Of a stretch of DNA of 64,000 bases, positions 57,788-64,000 are shown one piece after another. Under the pieces are notes generated by a model. It had not been told where the DNA came from and ran no database searches. It was given only the letters and a program-made list of their open reading frames with translations. Each line of letters opens with the position of its first letter. The stretch's first letter is position 1. A program made the translations under genes and the position numbers. Location: NCBI GenBank assembly GCA_035627515.1, contig DASPLQ010000012.1, forward strand, positions 199,269-263,268, given 5' to 3'. This stretch comes from Vitreimonas sp. GTDB taxonomy: Bacteria; Patescibacteriota; Microgenomatia; UBA1400; PJMF01.

Positions 57788-57885
57788 GCTTCTGTATCCT
57801 TTGTGATCACTTTCTTACCATTTTCTCAAGTAGAAAGCGTATAACACAGCTTAGGCACTTTTTCGTGCCTGGAAGGAAACACTCT

Positions 57886-58314
57886 ATGGCTGATCAAATT
57901 CAAGTTGTCCCTCAACCCTCAGCAGAAACTGTCACACAAGCTAGCGATCCGTTATTTGTGATCTCGGCAGTTTTCCCTTTTCATCTTTTTCCCGACAAAA
58001 TTGTCGTTGATCGCTTTAAAATTGATGTTATTCAGAAAGCATTATTAGATGAAAAAATTATTACTATACCAATGAGTGGTAATGTAATTGTTAATGTGGA
58101 TCGCGGCGTGTTTTTCTCAAGTGTAGAAATTCACGACCCTACCACGCTCCACCACCCAATTGTGGTTAGTTATTTGAGCAATGAGGATGCTAATAACTTT
58201 AGGAAGTTAATCATGGGCATGGTAGTTGGTATTAAGCAGGGAGTAAACTTCATGGGTATGGAATCAACTGAGGTTATCAATTCTTCAATTAACTGGGGTG
58301 GAATCGATGCTTAA
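57886..58314 (+). CDS. Hypothetical protein, possibly bacterial PH-like
   Basis: GGAAGG RBS; FPF.LFPD.I pattern. Confidence 0.6.
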   Translation: MADQIQVVPQPSAETVTQASDPLFVISAVFPFHLFPDKIVVDRFKIDVIQKALLDEKIITIPMSGNVIVNVDRGVFFSSVEIHDPTTLHHPIVVSYLSNEDANNFRKLIMGMVVGIKQGVNFMGMESTEVINSSINWGGIDA

Positions 58315-58357
58315 GTCCAGGCAGAGAGTCTGATATCATAAGGCAGTGAAAGGCCTT

Positions 58358-58939
58358 ATGAATCCAGCTGTTAAAATTCTTGAAACTGAAATCTTGTCTG
58401 ATAATTGGTATACACTCAAAAAAGTCACGTTTGAGTACCAGCGGCCTGATGGCAGCTGGGAAACCCAGAGCCGCGAAGCCTATGACCGTGGTAACGGTGC
58501 AGTGATTCTCCTTTATCACCCCACTAAAAAAACCGTCATCTTAACCCAACAATTTCGCCTCCCTACTTATATCAATGGCAATGAATCAGGTCTCATGATC
58601 GAAGCCTGTGCTGGTTTGCTTGATAAAGATAATCCCGAAGAGTGCATTAAACGCGAAACTGAAGAAGAAACTGGTTATCAGATCAAGAATCTTCAAAAAA
58701 TAGGTGAAATTTATATGTCGCCAGGGTCGGTAACCGAGATTTTATATTTTTACGTCGCTGAGTATAACGAAGACATGAAAGTCACTGACGGCGGCGGTTT
58801 GACTGACGATCAGGAACATATTAAAGTCTTAGAGCTGCCTTTGGTTCAAGCCCTGGAAATGGTCAAAACTGGCGAGATTAAAGATGGCAAAACAATTATT
58901 TTGTTGCAACATGCCCAATTAGCAGGATTAATAAAGTAA
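58358..58939 (+). CDS. nudK: GDP-mannose pyrophosphatase NudK (Nudix)
   Basis: LSDNWY.L, REAYDRGNGA, AGLLD...RETEEETG. Confidence 0.9.
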   Translation: MNPAVKILETEILSDNWYTLKKVTFEYQRPDGSWETQSREAYDRGNGAVILLYHPTKKTVILTQQFRLPTYINGNESGLMIEACAGLLDKDNPEECIKRETEEETGYQIKNLQKIGEIYMSPGSVTEILYFYVAEYNEDMKVTDGGGLTDDQEHIKVLELPLVQALEMVKTGEIKDGKTIILLQHAQLAGLIK

Positions 58940-59869
58940 AAAGCCAACTACCACAGCTAACACGGCCGCACCTGCCAGCACTTCATACTTGCCTACTTGA
59001 AGTAATTTTTCAGTCACCCCCCCTACTACGGGACCATAATATTTTTGGAAGTATTTAGCTCGGCTCTCACGGAAAATGAGATTATATTTGGCATCTTTGG
59101 TGGCGGCGTGCCAAATGTGTTTGAGTTGGGCGGTAGGAATCAACCAGACCTCTTTGCCAGTTTCTTCTCTGACTCGCCGGCACAAATCACTTTCTTCGAA
59201 ATAAATAAAAAACTGCTCATCAAAACCACCAATGTGCTCAAAAATAGACCGCCGAATCATAAAAGCTGTTCCGGGCACGACTGCTAATTGCTGTGGTTTA
59301 TTGAGGTCTCGGTCTCGCACCCAGTACTGGTGAGCAATAGGATTGCTAGGCCACAAGCGATGAAAAAGTGAGTGCGCAGCTACCGCAGTCAGCGGAGTCA
59401 GTTCCGCCGAACCTTGGTCGGGATAGCGTTCCCCCTCCATGGTCAGTAAGGTGGGCGCCACAATGGCAGCCCTGGGTCTACGTTCCAAAAAAGACCACAG
59501 CTCAGTGATAGCACCAGGCAACATTTCGGTATCGGGATTGAGAAAAAATAAGTACTCGCCGCGTGCGTGGGCTGCCCCCACATTATTAGCTGGTCCAAAA
59601 CCAATGTTGGCTCCAGTTTTGACGTAGCGTAGATAGGGAGATTTTTTAGCCGGAAAGTGTTTAGCTAAAGTACTTTTCAAGCGTGACTGCGCATCATTAT
59701 CAACAATAATAACTTCGATCTTGGGCTGAAGAGGTGGGCGCGCCTTTTTAGCGGGCGTTTTTTTCGCCCGTGCTGAGCGATGAGCCTTGGTAATCGTTTT
59801 CAAACACGCCAGCAACTCAGCCACTTCTTTATACGTGACTAAGATGAGTGAAACGTCAGGGTTTTTCAT
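58928..59869 (-). CDS. GT2 glycosyltransferase
   Basis: IVDN, NIGFG..NN, LNPD, GFDE.FF.Y.EE.D. Confidence 0.9.
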   Translation of the reverse strand: MKNPDVSLILVTYKEVAELLACLKTITKAHRSARAKKTPAKKARPPLQPKIEVIIVDNDAQSRLKSTLAKHFPAKKSPYLRYVKTGANIGFGPANNVGAAHARGEYLFFLNPDTEMLPGAITELWSFLERRPRAAIVAPTLLTMEGERYPDQGSAELTPLTAVAAHSLFHRLWPSNPIAHQYWVRDRDLNKPQQLAVVPGTAFMIRRSIFEHIGGFDEQFFIYFEESDLCRRVREETGKEVWLIPTAQLKHIWHAATKDAKYNLIFRESRAKYFQKYYGPVVGGVTEKLLQVGKYEVLAGAAVLAVVVGFLLY

Positions 59870-59875
59870 ATGTTG

Positions 59876-60868
59876 TTACCGCCGCCAGTTTTGAGGCAGC
59901 AATGGGCTCTCAATTTCAATCTTTGTGTAGCGAGGTGGTTGATACCCTTGTTTTTTAGCCCACTGCCACGTTGCTCGCAAACCAGTTTCTAAATCAGTAC
60001 GGTCTTGATACTGCAAATGCTGTTTGCTGAGCTGGTGGTCACTGATAGCAGTGATCACTTCCCGAGGGCGTTGTGGTAAATAAATAGGCTCTAAAGAACT
60101 GCCAGTAACACGCAAAATCGCTTCTGCTAACTCATTGACGGTATAAGCATGATCCGAACCCACATTGAATGTCATCCCCGCCACTGGCGCACTCAGGCAC
60201 TTGGCCAGGGCTTCCACCACATCCGTCACATAGGAAAAACACCGTACCTGATCGCCTTGGCCATAAATATAAAATGGCTTATCTTGCAGGAGCGCATTCA
60301 TAAAAATGGTGACAACGTTCCGATAGGGGTCACGCATGTTTTGGCGAGGACCGTAGACGTTATGTGGCCTGGTAATCACATACTCAAAACCATGGACCTG
60401 GCTGAGAATTTTTAATGAGTCTTCGAAAGCTAACTTAGTGACGCCATAAATATCTTCTGGCTCGGGTTTGTCGGTTTCTTTGAACGGCGTTTGGAGCTGA
60501 CCATAGACAGCAATGCTGGAAGTAAAAATAAAGCGTTTCAGGCCATGACGGATAGCAGCCGTCAAAACTTTAATCGCCCCATCATAGTTACGTGATGTGA
60601 TGTCCATCGGACTAAACTGAGCTTTGCTCTCGGCCGCATTAGCAGCCAAATGATACACCACCTCGGGCTTGAAGGTGGCAAAGACTTTTTCTACTTGAGC
60701 GGCTTTGCGAATATCAATTTTATAAAAACTGGCTTTGGGATGAACATTATCAGTCAGGCCACCGGAAAGATCATCGATCACGGCTACTCGATAACCATTT
60801 TTAATTAACAGCTCCACTAAATGACTACCAATAAACCCTGCTCCACCAGTGATTAAGATTTTTTTCAT
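59876..60868 (-). CDS. NAD-dependent epimerase/dehydratase
   Basis: TGGAGFIG, YGVTK, NVYGP. Confidence 0.93.
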   Translation of the reverse strand: MKKILITGGAGFIGSHLVELLIKNGYRVAVIDDLSGGLTDNVHPKASFYKIDIRKAAQVEKVFATFKPEVVYHLAANAAESKAQFSPMDITSRNYDGAIKVLTAAIRHGLKRFIFTSSIAVYGQLQTPFKETDKPEPEDIYGVTKLAFEDSLKILSQVHGFEYVITRPHNVYGPRQNMRDPYRNVVTIFMNALLQDKPFYIYGQGDQVRCFSYVTDVVEALAKCLSAPVAGMTFNVGSDHAYTVNELAEAILRVTGSSLEPIYLPQRPREVITAISDHQLSKQHLQYQDRTDLETGLRATWQWAKKQGYQPPRYTKIEIESPLLPQNWRR

Positions 60869-61200
60869 GCCAGTAATTTCTTTTTTTTAGGTTTGGGCAG
60901 GGGTACTTCCTGAGTGGTAACCTTGATTAGTTCAGTTAAAAATTCACTGTCATCCCAATACTCGTCTGCAATCCAAAAGTAGGGTTTGGCACCGGGGTAC
61001 GGTGGTTTTTCAACGGGCGATTTCAGGAAAGCTCTCCCCGCTTCGGTCGGCTTTACGAACAATTGATCATCACACACCAGAGCTACTACTCTCCCCTCAC
61101 AATACAGCGCGTACTCACCAAACATCTTACGACTCGTGACTATCCCCGCTTCGCTGATTTGTTCCACTAAGAAATCGACAGTGCTTTGTTTGGATGACAT
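60865..61200 (-). CDS. TfoX N-terminal domain protein
   Basis: RKMFGEY.LY, DDQLFVK, PYPGAK. Confidence 0.88.
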   Translation of the reverse strand: MSSKQSTVDFLVEQISEAGIVTSRKMFGEYALYCEGRVVALVCDDQLFVKPTEAGRAFLKSPVEKPPYPGAKPYFWIADEYWDDSEFLTELIKVTTQEVPLPKPKKKKLLA

Positions 61201-61212
61201 ACAGGTATTTTA

Positions 61213-62223
61213 TTACAATCCATTGTCACGATCACGTCGTGCTTTTTCCACATTCACGTCATCATCAATGGGTAAATGACCAAAAGCGCGCCGTAAAACG
61301 GCATATAAACCTTTGGTAGCTCTTCTTTTGATGCGCAATCCCCCTTCAGTTACGGTACTCGAAATAAGCGTTGTGGCTTTTTCCTTAAGTGGCTGTGAGC
61401 CACCATTACTTAATCCCATTATGACAGCTTGAGGGACTAGCCACGGATAACGGAGAAATGACCAAATGCGAAAAACCCCGAGTATATTCCATGCTGCTAT
61501 TAACTCGAGACGTTCTTTATTTTCTTCATAATGACGCGCCTCACGAGCGGCTCTTAAACCTTTGACTAACAGGGATAAATTATTATCGAGTCGGCCTAAT
61601 CGAGCACACAACTCTGCTAATGCCCACAGCGCACCCACAGCCCGTCGTTGCTCTATATAAAGCTGAGGGTTGGTTTCATGGCTAACTAAATAGGGCTGAT
61701 TCAAACTTTCACCTGAATTTTCCAATGTTGACTCGGCTAAAGTTACTCCTTCACCGTACACCTGACGAGCAGTTGTTTTGTCTCCCATCGCAGCTAGAGC
61801 GCGACCTCGATCATGATCAAACTCTGCACCCCAATGTATGGCGCCACTAGCTGTCCACGGTGCTCGGTCATCAATATGAAGTTCTCCGGCCAATAAAGTC
61901 ACCTGATTCAAAATCTCTCTTAGCTCCCGCTCATCAATAAATTTTTTCTCATATAAAGAAGTGGCGCTATCAACAGCAATTCTTGATAAACCGAGTAATG
62001 CAACAGCAACTTTTTCAGCACTAACAAAATACGAATGTTGAGGGGCTTCTAAAGCCATTTTTAAAGGCGAAAAAAAAGCAAACCTTTGCTCACTTTGAAC
62101 TCTACCGCGATAAAAACCTATCGCATCGACAAAGTTTCCCCTACCACGGGAATGCTCTGCTATGGCTAAATCTGTTGTTAGTTCCGAAACTAAGCTAGCA
62201 AAATATTCTTCTTGAAACTCCAT
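61213..62223 (-). CDS. Hypothetical helical, possibly TPR-like protein
   Basis: 336-aa ORF. Confidence 0.6.
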   Translation of the reverse strand: MEFQEEYFASLVSELTTDLAIAEHSRGRGNFVDAIGFYRGRVQSEQRFAFFSPLKMALEAPQHSYFVSAEKVAVALLGLSRIAVDSATSLYEKKFIDERELREILNQVTLLAGELHIDDRAPWTASGAIHWGAEFDHDRGRALAAMGDKTTARQVYGEGVTLAESTLENSGESLNQPYLVSHETNPQLYIEQRRAVGALWALAELCARLGRLDNNLSLLVKGLRAAREARHYEENKERLELIAAWNILGVFRIWSFLRYPWLVPQAVIMGLSNGGSQPLKEKATTLISSTVTEGGLRIKRRATKGLYAVLRRAFGHLPIDDDVNVEKARRDRDNGL

Positions 62224-62287
62224 AACGAACTGGAATTATAACAAACCTAAGGTAATTTATTGGTGAGATTTTAGGGGCAAAAACGTA

Positions 62288-62632
62288 TTACTGAGTAGCT
62301 ACAAGCTCATCAATTTTGACCGCCATCACAAAATCATTGATAGATAGGCCACCAATGGCATGAGTGGTGAGAGTCACGGTTACTTTTTTGTAGGCATGAA
62401 GCAATAAATCCGGATGATGGCCCTCGGCTTCAGCTATTGCTGCTACTTGATTGATAAACTCAACCGCAGCCGCAAAGTTTTTCGTTACAATAGTTCTTTG
62501 GAGCTGTTTTTCGCCTCTCACTTCCCACTCTTTCACTTGATCTAAATACACCGCAAACTCTTCGCGCGTCAGCGGTGCTGTCCCTCCCTCACAGGGTACA
62601 CAGTGATGAGAACTAGTTATTGGTTGTGTCAT
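62288..62632 (-). CDS. Pterin-4a-carbinolamine dehydratase
   Basis: CVPCEGG, EGHHPD, THAIGGLS.NDF. Confidence 0.92.
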   Translation of the reverse strand: MTQPITSSHHCVPCEGGTAPLTREEFAVYLDQVKEWEVRGEKQLQRTIVTKNFAAAVEFINQVAAIAEAEGHHPDLLLHAYKKVTVTLTTHAIGGLSINDFVMAVKIDELVATQ

Positions 62633-62636
62633 AGCT

Positions 62637-63380
62637 TCACTCTACTTGATTACTCACCTTATAAACACCATCAATAATAGGCCTAGGCTGATCTTTCCAG
62701 TGTATTTGTTGGCCAATAAATTGAGTTCTGGCTTTGATTCCTTCTGCTAAGCGAGCGCCCTCTTGGTTTTTCAGCTCTTCATCAGGAACTAAGTTTTTAC
62801 CCATAGTCTTCATTAAATCTTCAAAAGCCGAAATCCAACTACTTTCGACTGCAAACACTGCCCAGGCTGTCGGATAACCAGCCGCCACTGCTAAAGCATA
62901 CTGGATATCTCTAAGGCCATTTTTGATGTTCTCCCCCAGAACTAATAAACAGTAGCTACTGAATAGGTCTTCAGTTTGTATTCCTGCGTCTTCTAAAATA
63001 TGAACATCAGTGGTTCGCCGCCCCACAACCGAAAAAGCTGGTTTTCCTTCATAGGTATAGGCAAAAATTCTCAGGTTTTTTAAAAGTGCTGGGTGCCTCT
63101 CAAAGATTTGGTGCAAAACATTTCCCGGTTGTTGCATCTCTGCCCTGACGGCATTTCTTCGCACTTCATCTTGGCTAGCTTGGGATTTAGCGTCCACAGC
63201 TGCCTTGATCATTTCCAAATCAAACCCACTAAAGCCTTCTTCATTGGTTGCTGAGGTTAAGTACTGCAATAAAAACAAAGCTAATTCAGACCTATCTTGT
63301 TCATATCGTGGATTTTTCAAAAAGTTTTGAACTTCAGCTAAGAAACGTTCGTCAACTTGAATGAGATCTTCATTAACCAT
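62637..63380 (-). CDS. Hypothetical protein
   Basis: 247-aa ORF with GGGGAG RBS. Confidence 0.6.
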   Translation of the reverse strand: MVNEDLIQVDERFLAEVQNFLKNPRYEQDRSELALFLLQYLTSATNEEGFSGFDLEMIKAAVDAKSQASQDEVRRNAVRAEMQQPGNVLHQIFERHPALLKNLRIFAYTYEGKPAFSVVGRRTTDVHILEDAGIQTEDLFSSYCLLVLGENIKNGLRDIQYALAVAAGYPTAWAVFAVESSWISAFEDLMKTMGKNLVPDEELKNQEGARLAEGIKARTQFIGQQIHWKDQPRPIIDGVYKVSNQVE

Positions 63381-63457
63381 AGCAACTCCCCTAGCTAGTA
63401 CTGAGCAGCACTATATCACAGGGATATCTTAGATGCTGTAGTTTATAATCACTTTCT

Positions 63458-64000
63458 ATGGATCAAAAACCGCGCTTTTCATTGAAAGATTTTCTTTTTA
63501 ACCGTGATAAAGTCAGTAAAATTGCTGAAGAAATTTCCCTAGTTTACCCCGCCTTTAAAAAAGATGAGTTTGTGGAAGCAGTAGTCATTAAATTTAGTGA
63601 ACTAGAACTAAAACAACGCATTTATTGGATTACTGAGCAACTCAAAAACTTCTTGCCCGCTGATTACCGAACAGCCGTGGAAATTTTACTGGCTTCACTG
63701 CCTGCGCCAGCTGACCCGACTCAAACTGATAACGACTTTGGTGACTTTATTTATGCACCCTACTCCCATTTTGTCGCTACCTATGGGCTAACAAAAAATG
63801 ATTTGGAGTTCTCACTGCTCGCTTTAAAACAAATCACGACTCGATTTTCAGCTGAGGATTCAATTCGAGCTTTCTTGAACGCTTATCCTACTGAAACACT
63901 TGCCACGCTGCTTGAGTGGAGTAATGACCACCATTATCATGTCCGGCGCCTGGCTAGTGAAGGCACTCGGCCCCGCTTGCCGTGGTGCCAAAAAATACAC
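63458..64000 (+). CDS. AlkC-like DNA alkylation repair glycosylase, partial at the window edge
   Basis: Manual translation: ELELKQR, TTRFSAE..IR, HVRRLASEGTRPRLPW. Confidence 0.88.
   Translation, partial: MDQKPRFSLKDFLFNRDKVSKIAEEISLVYPAFKKDEFVEAVVIKFSELELKQRIYWITEQLKNFLPADYRTAVEILLASLPAPADPTQTDNDFGDFIYAPYSHFVATYGLTKNDLEFSLLALKQITTRFSAEDSIRAFLNAYPTETLATLLEWSNDHHYHVRRLASEGTRPRLPWCQKIH

Noticed and set aside
1-64000. CRISPR arrays, tRNA/rRNA, DGR, transposases, stop-codon reassignment
   Set aside because: No spaced repeats, RNA gene signatures, reverse transcriptase or transposase motifs seen by eye; conserved genes are full length under code 11

Overview
Gene-dense bacterial window read with code 11. 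Gene content, many orphans and sparse Shine-Dalgarno use suggest a Patescibacteria/CPR genome, probably Microgenomates-like (inference). Housekeeping genes include recR, tmk, dcd, thyA, nadDE, topA, dprA, mreBCD-mrdA, def, fmt, rpmB, efp and hpf. The standout is a candidate ComQXPA-like prenyl-peptide signalling locus at 42.0-46.5 kb. It has an OmpR-type regulator, an unannotated 37-aa peptide ending in PWGS, a multi-TM histidine kinase, and a fused class II terpene cyclase / class I prenyltransferase. A near-identical 22-bp direct-repeat box lies in front of both the regulator and the enzyme. Also present: an 11-kb pyrimidine/thymidylate cluster with very divergent UPRT-, Maf-, dNK- and MazG-like orphans, several leader-peptide/terminator attenuators, a palindromic element present in two copies, and degenerate MreB and RNB proteins. 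No rRNA, tRNA, CRISPR array or intact transposase was seen. All calls are by eye from motifs; no database searches were run.
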